IMG/VR virus record: IMGVR_UViG_3300050015_000276
Location: 64,001 to 128,000 of that record
Reading direction: 5' to 3' (one strand)
Length of the DNA: 64,000 nt
From: a virus
The position numbers and the translations under genes were made by a program. Shown here piece after piece: positions 46,632 through 56,096 of this stretch. The notes under the pieces were generated by a model. The model saw only the letters and a list, made by a program, of their open reading frames with translations, was not told the DNA's origin and made no database searches. The first letter of the stretch is position 1. Every line of letters begins with the position of its first letter.

Positions 46632-46934
46632 ATGGAAAAAACCTGTGTAGAAACACTTTGTGATATTTATTCGCGGTTTATACCTACCGGACAAGTATAC
46701 GTTGCAACTGCTAACACTAAGATTTTTGGATGTGATACTGTTTTGGATTCTTTTGGATTAGTTTCTTTCCTGGTAGATGTCGAACAGCATTTTAATGATT
46801 TGTATGATGCCAATATTGTTGTGACAGATAGTAAAGCTATGTCACAAAAACATAGTCCTTTCCGTACAATTGATACGTTATCCAAATATATAATTAAATT
46901 GTTGTCAGAAAAAGGTATCGCCAATGTTGTCTGA
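46632..46934 (+). CDS. Acyl carrier protein
   Basis: LDSFGLVSFLVDVEQ (phosphopantetheine Ser40), KAMSQKHSPFRT. Confidence 0.85.
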   Translation: MEKTCVETLCDIYSRFIPTGQVYVATANTKIFGCDTVLDSFGLVSFLVDVEQHFNDLYDANIVVTDSKAMSQKHSPFRTIDTLSKYIIKLLSEKGIANVV

Positions 46935-47628
46935 TTTACCGATTGCTCTTGTTACTGGTAGCAGAACTGGTTTGGGAGAATTCATTGCTAAAGGTCTTGT
47001 TTCCAAAGGTTTTTATGTTGTTGGATGCAGTCGCAATCAACCAAATTGGTCATTGAAAGGATACGAACATATTATTGCTGATGTGAGTGATGAAAATTCT
47101 GTATTAGATTTGATGAAGTATATTAGAGTTGAGTATGGACGTTTGGATGCCACTATTAATAATGCTGGAATAGCTTCCATGAACCATTCATTATTAACAC
47201 CTACGAAAACAGTGGAACATCTTCTTGGTGTAAATGTTTGTGGTACATTTACAGTATGCCGAGAAAGTGCAAAAATTATGCAAAAACAGAAATATGGACG
47301 TATTGTTAATTTTACTACCGTTGCGGTTCCTATGCATATTGAAGGTGAAGCTTTATATGCTGCCAGTAAAAGTGCTGTAGAAACTCTTACTAAAGTATTG
47401 GCATTTGAATTGGGTAGTTATGGTATTACTATTAACGCTGTAGGTCCTACTCCTATTGATACTAATTTAATACTTAATGTTCCTGAATATCGAACAAATC
47501 AGGTTATTCAGAAATTGGCAATTAAACGGATGGGTACGCGCGAGGACGTTTTTAATGTTATTGAGTTTTTTATACGTCCAGAAAGTAGTGCCATTACAGG
47601 GCAAGTTATATATTTGGGTGGGGTATAA
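46924..47628 (+). CDS. Short-chain dehydrogenase, 3-oxoacyl-ACP reductase-like
   Basis: TGSRTGLG, INNAG, YAASK. Confidence 0.9.
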   Translation: MLSDLPIALVTGSRTGLGEFIAKGLVSKGFYVVGCSRNQPNWSLKGYEHIIADVSDENSVLDLMKYIRVEYGRLDATINNAGIASMNHSLLTPTKTVEHLLGVNVCGTFTVCRESAKIMQKQKYGRIVNFTTVAVPMHIEGEALYAASKSAVETLTKVLAFELGSYGITINAVGPTPIDTNLILNVPEYRTNQVIQKLAIKRMGTREDVFNVIEFFIRPESSAITGQVIYLGGV

Positions 47629-48968
47629 TGAATCATCTTGATTGGTTGTTTGATATATTTAAACAAAATGCTGGCCGGACTTTCATGGTTTGGGGTGGCC
47701 TTCCTATTACATATTCAAATTTAATACGTTATATACAATATTATAAAGAGAAATTTATTGAATCTGGAATTAAAGGTGGAAAAGTAATAGCTTTACATGG
47801 GGATTATTCACCTAATAATGTGGCCGCTTTGTTAGCTTTGGTTGATGATGGAAATATTGTAGTTCCTTTAGCATCAATTAAAGAAGAATTTATAGATATT
47901 GCTGAAGTTCAGGCTATTTGTTCTTTTGATGAATATGGAAAAATACAACTTAAGTGGTTTCCTAGAGAAGTACATCACCAACTTAATTTGGATATAATTG
48001 CTAGTGGTAATCCGGGTTTGATTTTGTTTAGTTCAGGATCTACTGGAAAATGTAAAGCGTCAATGCATGATTTTTTGCAAGTATTGAATAAATTTAAAAT
48101 TCCTAGACGACAATTGGTAACATTACCTTTTCTTAAATTTGACCATATGGGAGGAATCAATACACTTTTTGGTGTATTATCAAATGCTGGTACTCTAGTT
48201 CTTAGTTCTAATCGAGATCCAGAATTTGTGTGTTCGGCTATTGAAAAGTATAGAGTTGAATTGTTGCCAACTTCACCTACTTTCCTTAATCTTTTGTTGG
48301 TTTCCGAGGCATATCAGAAATATGATTTATCTTCTCTCAAATTTATTAGTTATGGATCTGAAATGATGCCTCAGGTGACCTTATTACGTATTGCAGAACT
48401 TTTTCCCAATGTTAAGTTATTACAAACTTATGGACTTTCTGAGGTTGGTGTTTTAAGATCAAAGAGTGAGAGTTCCAATTCTTTGTGGCTCAAAGTTGGT
48501 GGTGAAGATTTTCAAACTAAAGTTGAGGATGGAATATTATTCATTAAGGCAAATTCTGCGATGAAAGGATATTTTAATGCTCCTTCTCCTTTTGTTGATG
48601 GTTGGATGAATACTGGCGACCGAGTAGAAGTGAAGGGAGAATATATACGTTTTCTTGGTCGTGATTCAGAAATCATTAATGTTGGTGGACAAAAAGTTTA
48701 TCCGGCAGAAGTTGAAAATGTTTTACTGTCTATGAGTAATGTTTGTGATGTTACCGTTTCGGCTGAATCTAATTTTTTAATGGGTTATATAGTAGTAGCT
48801 CGATTTAATCTAATTGATAATGAAGATTTCTTATCATTTAAATCCAGAGTGAGAGAATATTGTAAGTCGCGTCTTGAGTCATTTAAAATACCAACTCGAA
48901 TAGAGATAGTAGAAAAAGAACTATTTAATAGTCGTTTTAAGAAAATAAGGTTTCAGGAGCAAATGTGA
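47628..48968 (+). CDS. AMP-forming acyl-CoA/acyl-ACP ligase (adenylation enzyme)
   Basis: LFSSGSTGKCK, YGLSE, TGD, GR..EIINVGGQKVYPAEVE, KIP. Confidence 0.92.
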   Translation: MNHLDWLFDIFKQNAGRTFMVWGGLPITYSNLIRYIQYYKEKFIESGIKGGKVIALHGDYSPNNVAALLALVDDGNIVVPLASIKEEFIDIAEVQAICSFDEYGKIQLKWFPREVHHQLNLDIIASGNPGLILFSSGSTGKCKASMHDFLQVLNKFKIPRRQLVTLPFLKFDHMGGINTLFGVLSNAGTLVLSSNRDPEFVCSAIEKYRVELLPTSPTFLNLLLVSEAYQKYDLSSLKFISYGSEMMPQVTLLRIAELFPNVKLLQTYGLSEVGVLRSKSESSNSLWLKVGGEDFQTKVEDGILFIKANSAMKGYFNAPSPFVDGWMNTGDRVEVKGEYIRFLGRDSEIINVGGQKVYPAEVENVLLSMSNVCDVTVSAESNFLMGYIVVARFNLIDNEDFLSFKSRVREYCKSRLESFKIPTRIEIVEKELFNSRFKKIRFQEQM

Positions 48969-50674
48969 ATAACCAACCAAAGTATTATTATGATAGAAAT
49001 TCTTATATTATCGATGATTATAACATTAATAAAACTTTTGAAGAATTGTTGTTAATGTCAGTTACAGAATTTGAAGGGTGGGTTGACCACATGCGTTCAA
49101 GTGTTTTGAAGGTGTGGGATGAAAAAGGAATACCACCTCTTTCTGGAATGACTGAAGATGATATGTCTGAAGAATTCCGTAAAATGAGCGGAACGCCTGG
49201 TAAAACTATTTCATTATATAAACCAAAATCTGGAAGTACTAAGCCATATATTGATGAATTAGATGGTAAGGCTAATGTGATTATCAATGATGGTTATATG
49301 GGAAGTTGTGTAAATCAGTTCTTTCCAACAATGGCCCAGACAAAGATTAATTATCAGACAAAGATTAATGATGAAGGTAGTTTTTCTGGATATGCCGTAT
49401 ATGATCTTTTTGCTAATGATAAATTTCGAAATAGAATGCAAAAGGGATGTCGGAGACATTTTAAACGAGACTCATTCTACCGTTATTCAGCATCTATTCT
49501 CAAAAATAGTAATTTAGGGCTCGTACCAGCAGAAACCGGCAAAGAGTGGGTTCAATTATTTAAAAGAGATTTTGTCCGATTTGTAGATTATGGATATTGG
49601 CTCAATAGAGTAGAACCGACAGAAGAAGGTGAAACTGGTAGCGGATATACAGAAGTTGATGCTTCTAATTTCTTGTGGTTATCTAAAGCCGAGATTTTGG
49701 AATTATATCATTTAGGAATTATTAATGATGAAAATCTTACTAATTTGGTTGATTTGAGATCATATGAATTACTTCCTAAATTTGTTTGTTGGACTCCAGA
49801 ATTGGAATTAGAAAGACATTTGAAAGAGGATGAACAATATCATATTCGATTTTATAAGAAATCAACACGAATATTTCCAATAGGATTTACCGCTTTTAAA
49901 ATAGGTTACATACAAGTTGCAGTTAATTTTCCACCTATGATTGCTAAGTATTTGTATGAAAAATACACAGATAATTGTAAAGGACAGCATGTTATTAATG
50001 TTTACGACCCATCATCCGGATGGGGCGGCCGCATAGCTGGTGCTATGACAGTTCAGGAAGATCGGCATATTAATTATATTGGAACCGATCCGAATACAGA
50101 TAATTTTATTGATGAACTTGGTATTACTCGTTATGAGTATTTGGCACAATTTATTAATCAATCGCTTTCATCAGGATGGGGGTATGAACCTCATACTTAT
50201 GATGTTTATCAATTGGGTTCCGAAGTAATTGGAAAAGATAAGAAATTTAAAAAGTATAAAGGTAAATTAGATTTGGTGTTCACCTCTCCGCCATATTTTA
50301 ATCGTGAAGGTTATTCTGAAGATGAAACTCAATCTTTGAAGAAATTCCCTCAGTATGATGCCTGGCGAGAAGGATTTTTGAAGCCAACGCTGACAACAGC
50401 ATATACTTATTTAAAACCAGACCGGTATCTTTTATGGAATATTGCCGACATTAAAACATCTGAAGGATATTATCCTCTTGAACAAGATAGTAAAGATATT
50501 TTAAAATCTCTGGGAGCCGAATTTGTTGGAGTGGAAAAGATGGTTTTGGCAAATATGCCTGGAACTAATCGGGTAGGTGAAGATGGTAAACCTACATGCA
50601 AAAATTTCTGCAAAGTAAATGGTCGTTGGCATAAAACTGAATTGATTTTTATTTTTAGGAAACCAAAGATATAA
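48965..50674 (+). CDS. Amino-group (N6A/N4C) DNA methyltransferase-like protein with long N-terminal region
   Basis: YDPSSGWGGR, YIGTDPN, VFTSPPYF. Confidence 0.85.
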   Translation: MNNQPKYYYDRNSYIIDDYNINKTFEELLLMSVTEFEGWVDHMRSSVLKVWDEKGIPPLSGMTEDDMSEEFRKMSGTPGKTISLYKPKSGSTKPYIDELDGKANVIINDGYMGSCVNQFFPTMAQTKINYQTKINDEGSFSGYAVYDLFANDKFRNRMQKGCRRHFKRDSFYRYSASILKNSNLGLVPAETGKEWVQLFKRDFVRFVDYGYWLNRVEPTEEGETGSGYTEVDASNFLWLSKAEILELYHLGIINDENLTNLVDLRSYELLPKFVCWTPELELERHLKEDEQYHIRFYKKSTRIFPIGFTAFKIGYIQVAVNFPPMIAKYLYEKYTDNCKGQHVINVYDPSSGWGGRIAGAMTVQEDRHINYIGTDPNTDNFIDELGITRYEYLAQFINQSLSSGWGYEPHTYDVYQLGSEVIGKDKKFKKYKGKLDLVFTSPPYFNREGYSEDETQSLKKFPQYDAWREGFLKPTLTTAYTYLKPDRYLLWNIADIKTSEGYYPLEQDSKDILKSLGAEFVGVEKMVLANMPGTNRVGEDGKPTCKNFCKVNGRWHKTELIFIFRKPKI

Positions 50675-50703
50675 TTGACATCCTAGAATTTTCTTGATAA
50701 AAT
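50675..50703 (+). promoter_or_regulatory. Sigma70-type promoter (TTGACA-17-TAAAAT) of denV-like gene
   Basis: Extended -10 TG; ATG 7 nt downstream. Confidence 0.8.
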
Positions 50704-50710
50704 TGTTATT

Positions 50711-51184
50711 ATGAATATCTTTGTTTTGGATACTGATTTTGAAAAGTGTGCTAATTACATGGTAGATTCTCATGTGGTTAAAATGCCAACAGAACATACG
50801 CAGATTTTGTCCACAGTTTGTAGAGTTAATGGTTTAGATGTTGGAATGAAATCAACGCACCAACATCATCCCTGTACTTTGTGGGCCGGTAAATCTAAAC
50901 AAAATTATATTTGGTTACGTGATCTTACTCTGGTTATTGGTGAAGAATGGTGTACAAGATTTAATCATATTTGTGCGGATGAACATAAGAGTATTGCGGT
51001 ACTTAAAACTCTTCCAATACCAAATCTTCCTAATATTGGGTTGACAGAGCACGCATTGGCCATGCCGGAAGAATATCGGGAGTGTGATCCTGTTAAGGCC
51101 TATCGCAAATATTACATCGGAGCCAAACAGCATTTGGCTAAATGGAAGCACGGGATTACTCCTTCTTGGTATACAACCAAATAA
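50711..51184 (+). CDS. Pyrimidine-dimer DNA glycosylase-like protein (DenV/Pyr_excise family)
   Basis: MNIFVLD...D.HVVKM..E..QILST...HQHHPCTLWAG, AMPEEY...AYRKYY. Confidence 0.8.
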   Translation: MNIFVLDTDFEKCANYMVDSHVVKMPTEHTQILSTVCRVNGLDVGMKSTHQHHPCTLWAGKSKQNYIWLRDLTLVIGEEWCTRFNHICADEHKSIAVLKTLPIPNLPNIGLTEHALAMPEEYRECDPVKAYRKYYIGAKQHLAKWKHGITPSWYTTK

Positions 51185-51238
51185 TAGTAATTATGATGAT
51201 TAAATTAAAGTTCGTTGATTTTTAGGAAACCAAAATAA

Positions 51239-52684
51239 ATGCAAAACCCCTTAGTATCCTGTATAACTGTTACGACCGCAAACCGTAAAGAATTCTTTCC
51301 GCAATTACTTCGTTGTTGGTGGGAACAGACATATCTAAACACGGAACTTGTAATTGTTTCGGAAGATGATATGTCTGATGTTATTCCAGTTCATCCGAGA
51401 ATTCGTTTTATTTCATGTCCATCCGGAACGTCCTTGGGACAAAAACGTAATATTGCATGTGAAAATTCTCAAGGTGAAATTATTGCTCATTTTGATGATG
51501 ATGATTGGAGTGCACCTATCCGAATTGAGGAATGTGTAAAGGCTTTAATTAAACATAAAGTCTTTATTACAGGTTATAGAAATGCTCGTTTCTATGAAGT
51601 TGATACTAAATTAACGCGTGTGTGGGATGGTGGTCCAAATCTTATTATTGGATCGAGTTTAGTATATGCTAAGAATTTTTGGCAAACTCATAAATTTGAA
51701 GATATTCCAACAGGAGAAGATCTTAAGTTTTTAGCATCTTCAGGTTTAATATATGCTATGAATGGTATGGAAAGAATGATTTTCCGAGATCATTCGAACA
51801 ATACGTGGCCACGTGCAGAAAAATATAATAAAGCTTGGAAAATTGTTGATTCTATTGAAACTCAAGAATTGTTATATAGTCAGAAACCTATTAAAATTGT
51901 AATGGGTATGTTGTCTTGGAATGATAAGGAAACAACACTCAATAATCTTGATACTTTATATGCTGAAGCAAAGAGATTACGACAATTTAATTTTGATTCG
52001 GAGGTTGTTGTAGTTGATAATGGATCTACTGATGGTACAAAACAGGCCCTTAGAAAAGTAAAGAATATTCATGTTATATCCAATAAAACTAATTTGGGTA
52101 TTGCGCCGGCTCGTAATCAATTGTTTGAATATGCCAAAGTCTTCGATTCGGAATTTACATTTTCTGTAGATTGTGATATTGCTGTAGTTCCATTTTCAGT
52201 TTTAGAAATGCTACGTTGGTTACGTTTACGGGCGAATATTGCAGCGTGTATTGGAACTGAATGGGATTTATGCACTGAAGATCCAACAAAAGTGGCCACT
52301 TGGTGTCCTACTATTACTATTAATACGCACATTCAACCACATCAGGCACCATTAGGATATGGTTTGTGGTTTACAAATGTTTTGAATCGATATAGATTTG
52401 ATGAACGATTTGGACCTGGTTGGGGTGGGGAAGATAATGATTTAGCATTGACAATTGAGTCTGAAACATATTTGAAAATGTTTGTATTTCCTTTAAAGTA
52501 TTTACATTTACATCCACATAAATCTATAGATTTACTTAAAGTTGATGGTGTGGATCCTGAAAAGGTTGTTCGTGAACGCTACCAAATACTTATTGATAAA
52601 TGGGTAGAAATTCCAGAGTTTAAACCTTTTATTAAAAGGTTAGTGCAATCTAAGAATTTGGAAAGTAATATTTTACCAACATGA
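51239..52684 (+). CDS. Double-domain family 2 glycosyltransferase
   Basis: VSCITVT...RNIAC...IAHFDDDD; second domain VVDNGSTDGT...ARNQ...SVDCD...GGEDND. Confidence 0.88.
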   Translation: MQNPLVSCITVTTANRKEFFPQLLRCWWEQTYLNTELVIVSEDDMSDVIPVHPRIRFISCPSGTSLGQKRNIACENSQGEIIAHFDDDDWSAPIRIEECVKALIKHKVFITGYRNARFYEVDTKLTRVWDGGPNLIIGSSLVYAKNFWQTHKFEDIPTGEDLKFLASSGLIYAMNGMERMIFRDHSNNTWPRAEKYNKAWKIVDSIETQELLYSQKPIKIVMGMLSWNDKETTLNNLDTLYAEAKRLRQFNFDSEVVVVDNGSTDGTKQALRKVKNIHVISNKTNLGIAPARNQLFEYAKVFDSEFTFSVDCDIAVVPFSVLEMLRWLRLRANIAACIGTEWDLCTEDPTKVATWCPTITINTHIQPHQAPLGYGLWFTNVLNRYRFDERFGPGWGGEDNDLALTIESETYLKMFVFPLKYLHLHPHKSIDLLKVDGVDPEKVVRERYQILIDKWVEIPEFKPFIKRLVQSKNLESNILPT

Positions 52685-53397
52685 AACCTATAATTTGGGT
52701 TTATTGGGAAAATAAACCAGGACAGTCTGATCCATTAATAGTTCAGAGATGCAAAGAGATTTTTAGACAATATAAAAATGTAATTATTCTCAATGAAAAT
52801 ACAATTAAAAATTATGTGAATTTGATAGATTGTAGTCATATAAAAATTCTAGCATATAAAGGTGATTATTATCGTGCCAAATTACTTTCTGAATATGGTG
52901 GAATTTGGTTTGATGCTGATTCTATTTTGTTGGATGATTTTAGTGATTTGTATGATCAATTATTAAATAGTGATTTTGAGATGTGCGCAGAGAATTCGGC
53001 CGAAAGTTGTAGTCCATCTTGTTTGTTATTTAAACCTAAAAGTGTTATTGCGAAGAAATGGAGTTTATATTGTGAAGAAATGATACTTGCTGGAAAATGT
53101 ATGGATTTAAATGATTGGGGACAACTTGCTGGATATGCTCTTGCTAGAATTATTAAAGAAACTAATAATAGTGTGATGGAATTTCCTGGAAGATATATGT
53201 TTTCTCTTGGTTACGAAAATAGAATTTTTATGAATTATTATAGTCAAGATGCCAGATATATTAAACAACAATTGCAACAAATTAAAACACAAGGAGCCAA
53301 AGTTATCACATTATATGGTACGTTTATGTATAATCTTATTATACCAAACCAATGCTTATTAGAACAGATGTGGACAATGGCAAAAATAAATGAATAA
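52681..53397 (+). CDS. DXD glycosyltransferase (GT32/capsular polysaccharide synthesis-like)
   Basis: IIWVYWE, DYYRAKLLSEYGGIWFDAD. Confidence 0.85.
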   Translation: MKPIIWVYWENKPGQSDPLIVQRCKEIFRQYKNVIILNENTIKNYVNLIDCSHIKILAYKGDYYRAKLLSEYGGIWFDADSILLDDFSDLYDQLLNSDFEMCAENSAESCSPSCLLFKPKSVIAKKWSLYCEEMILAGKCMDLNDWGQLAGYALARIIKETNNSVMEFPGRYMFSLGYENRIFMNYYSQDARYIKQQLQQIKTQGAKVITLYGTFMYNLIIPNQCLLEQMWTMAKINE

Positions 53398-53961
53398 TAA
53401 CGAAGATGTTTCGGTATCGGGTGTTGGTTCCTCTCGGGCCGCTACTAAAAAATTAGATTAGAAATTCCTGAATTATTAAAAACTTTTAAGGTTAAGACAT
53501 TATTGGATTTACCGTGTGGGGATTATCATTGGATGCAACATGTTAATTTGTACGGTATATTGTATACTGGGGCCGATATAAATGAGGAAAGAATTGTGGA
53601 TAACAAACAAAAGTATCCAGAAATTCACTTTGAAGTATTAGATATTACTTCAGATCCTCTTCCTAAAAGTGATGTTGTTTTGGTGAGAGATTGTTTGGTT
53701 CATTTGGACAATAAGAGTATTTGGAAGACTATCAAAAATCTGAAGAAGAGTGGATCAACATATCTATTAACTACGAATTTTCCAGTCATTATTCATTCTA
53801 CTTTAAATAATAATATTAAAACCGGTGGTTGGCGTCCATTAAATTTTCAATTAAAACCTTTTAATTTTCCAGAACCTATTGGCGTGATTGTAGAGAATTG
53901 TACTGAGGAACCTTGGATTGATAAATCATTGTGCCTTTGGAAAATTGAAAATCTTTCTTGA
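53390..53961 (+). pseudogene. Class I SAM methyltransferase interrupted by a frameshift in an A6 run (53447-53452)
   Basis: Frame A: MNNNEDVSVSGVGSSRAATKK; frame B continues IRLEIPELLKTFKVKTLLDLPCGDYHWM...DVVLVRDCLVHL. Confidence 0.7.
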
Positions 53962-53986
53962 CATTTAATTGTGTTTGTGATATACT
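53958..53986 (+). promoter_or_regulatory. Sigma70-type promoter (TTGACA-17-TATACT)
   Basis: Extended -10 TG; ATG 6 nt downstream. Confidence 0.85.
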
Positions 53987-53992
53987 TTATGT

Positions 53993-54841
53993 ATGGTACC
54001 TTTGAAGAATCGAAATCGAAAGGCGTATTCATTCGCCAATATTAATTTATTGGGAAAATGTAATGCTGATTGTTATTTTTGTCTCGGTAAAGATATTCCT
54101 TCTGAATTGGTCGGAAAGAATCAACTTTCGGTTCATTTTACACAATGGAAGAATTTTAAGAGTTTCTTAACGCAGTGCCGAGATAATGACATTTCGAAAT
54201 TATATTTAACTGGACAAACGGCCGACGGACTTCAATATGTTTACCTAGATGAATTAATTGATTATCTTCAGGATAAATGTGGATTTTCTGTTGGTATTCG
54301 AACGAATGGTTATCTCGCTTTAAAAAGGATGACAACCATTCGTAAGATGAAAGATGAAATCGGGTACAGTATTCACACCCTGAATTGTACTAATAATAAC
54401 CTTATTATGGGTAGACGAGATTTGCCAGAGTGGAATAAGATTATACCACAAAGTGGTGATAATGTACGAGTTGCCATTGTATTGAATCGTTATAATGTTT
54501 TAGAATTTTATTCTCTTTGTGAATATATTTCTCAATTTCCAAATGTTAATTATATTCAGGTTCGCCGGGTTTCAACAGATACTCGAATGGTATTTCTTAA
54601 TGAAGATATTGATATTTTTGAAAAGTTTTACCAATGCTTTATTTCTTACAATAAACCTATCCGCGAATATTATGGTGCTCCTATTTTCAAACTTTTTGGT
54701 AAGGATATTGTATTTTGGAGAACAGTTGAGACTTCAATAAATTCCTTAAACTACTTTACAGACGGAACGTGTTCCGATGAGTATTTTGTGGTAGAAGGAT
54801 ATCTTAAGAATCAGGATGTAAATAATGCAGAAGGCACTTAG
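53993..54841 (+). CDS. Radical SAM protein of unknown specificity
   Basis: CNADCYFC (CxxxCxxC), LTGQTAD, IRTNG. Confidence 0.85.
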   Translation: MVPLKNRNRKAYSFANINLLGKCNADCYFCLGKDIPSELVGKNQLSVHFTQWKNFKSFLTQCRDNDISKLYLTGQTADGLQYVYLDELIDYLQDKCGFSVGIRTNGYLALKRMTTIRKMKDEIGYSIHTLNCTNNNLIMGRRDLPEWNKIIPQSGDNVRVAIVLNRYNVLEFYSLCEYISQFPNVNYIQVRRVSTDTRMVFLNEDIDIFEKFYQCFISYNKPIREYYGAPIFKLFGKDIVFWRTVETSINSLNYFTDGTCSDEYFVVEGYLKNQDVNNAEGT

Positions 54842-55871
54842 TTTTGATGATACACTATTAGTTCCAAAAAGAACATTTGGTGGCAGTCGTGGGCAGGTTG
54901 ATATATCCACAAATATTTGTGGATATAATATGAAAATTCCTATTTTTTCGGCTAATATGTCTTCGGTAACTGAATCAGAAATGGCTATTGCAATGCGGCG
55001 AAATGGTGGCCTTGGAGTTCTTCATCGAATGTGTGATCCTGCCGAAAATATTAAAATGGTGAAAAATGTGTATTTGGGACTTTCAGAAGACGACTATACT
55101 AAAACTCCAGTATTTGTTTCTTTGCCATCTAATGGATTTGATGCTCTCAATAGAATAAAGGATACTCTTGAATTTAAACCTTATGGTTATTGCATAGATG
55201 TAGCACATGCTGATTCTCCTGATGTGGAAGAAACTGTAAAACGAATTATACAAGAATATCCGGAATTAAATTTGATTGTTGGTAATTATGCGACACCCGA
55301 AGGTATTAGAAATCTTATCAATATAATTGATAAAAAAGATCTTTCTAGAGTTGCATTTAAAGTGGGAATTGGTAGCGGAAGCCAATGTTCTACACGTATT
55401 GTTACCGGTTGTGGTATTCCTACATTAGAAAGTATATTTCGAATTAGAAATAATGATTATATACCAAAAGATATTAAATTGATTGCTGATGGTGGAATTC
55501 GTAATTCTGGTGATATTGTAAAAGTTTTGGCCTCTGGCGCGGATGCAGTTATGTTAGGTAGTTTGTTGGCTGGAACTAAAGAGGCTCCCGGTAATGTTAT
55601 TAAAAATTCTGGTGGTCTTTATAAGATTTATAGAGGCAGCGCCTCATATGGACAGAAGTTTGAAGTGGGAAAACAAGGATATATTGAAGGAACAGAAACT
55701 TTAGTGCCATACAAAGGCCATGTTACAACTATTCTTACTCAATTGGTAGAGGGAATCAAATCAGGATTTTCCTATTGTGGTTCCCTTAATCTTGAAGAAT
55801 TGCAAGATAATGCGGAATTTGTCGAAATATCAAATGCTGGATATAGAGAAAGTACACCTCATGGGGTTTAA
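54825..55871 (+). CDS. IMP dehydrogenase/GMP reductase family enzyme (no CBS domains)
   Basis: LSFDDTLLVP, SANMSSV, IDVAH, KVGIGSGSQCSTR, IADGGIRNSGD, YRGSAS, EG, GIKSGFSYCG. Confidence 0.92.
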   Translation: MQKALSFDDTLLVPKRTFGGSRGQVDISTNICGYNMKIPIFSANMSSVTESEMAIAMRRNGGLGVLHRMCDPAENIKMVKNVYLGLSEDDYTKTPVFVSLPSNGFDALNRIKDTLEFKPYGYCIDVAHADSPDVEETVKRIIQEYPELNLIVGNYATPEGIRNLINIIDKKDLSRVAFKVGIGSGSQCSTRIVTGCGIPTLESIFRIRNNDYIPKDIKLIADGGIRNSGDIVKVLASGADAVMLGSLLAGTKEAPGNVIKNSGGLYKIYRGSASYGQKFEVGKQGYIEGTETLVPYKGHVTTILTQLVEGIKSGFSYCGSLNLEELQDNAEFVEISNAGYRESTPHGV

Positions 55872-55873
55872 AT

Positions 55874-56065
55874 ATGACAGTAAAAGAACGATATGAAGAG
55901 TGGTTGCGGCGAGCAAATAAAATTGCCGAAGATTTGGAAATTGAAATAAATTTCACTGTAGAAGTTCGAGATTATACACCAGAAGCCTGTGTGGACGTTT
56001 GTCAAAAATATACAGATTGTGGTTTTTATTCAAAACCTGGCAATACTTATATTAATTGTTGTTGA
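55874..56065 (+). CDS. Hypothetical protein, paralog of 1787-1999
   Basis: Shared N-terminal 28-aa pattern. Confidence 0.65.
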   Translation: MTVKERYEEWLRRANKIAEDLEIEINFTVEVRDYTPEACVDVCQKYTDCGFYSKPGNTYINCC

Positions 56066-56090
56066 CATTCCCGGTCGTTTGTGCTAACAT
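56062..56090 (+). promoter_or_regulatory. Sigma70-type promoter (TTGACA-17-TAACAT)
   Basis: Extended -10 TG; ATG 6 nt downstream. Confidence 0.8.
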
Positions 56091-56096
56091 ATTAGT

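Larger units (their letters stand above)
50652..51234 (+). repeat. 16-bp direct repeat TTTTTAGGAAACCAAA (50652-50667 and 51219-51234) flanking the denV cassette
   Basis: Read directly at both positions. Confidence 0.85.
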
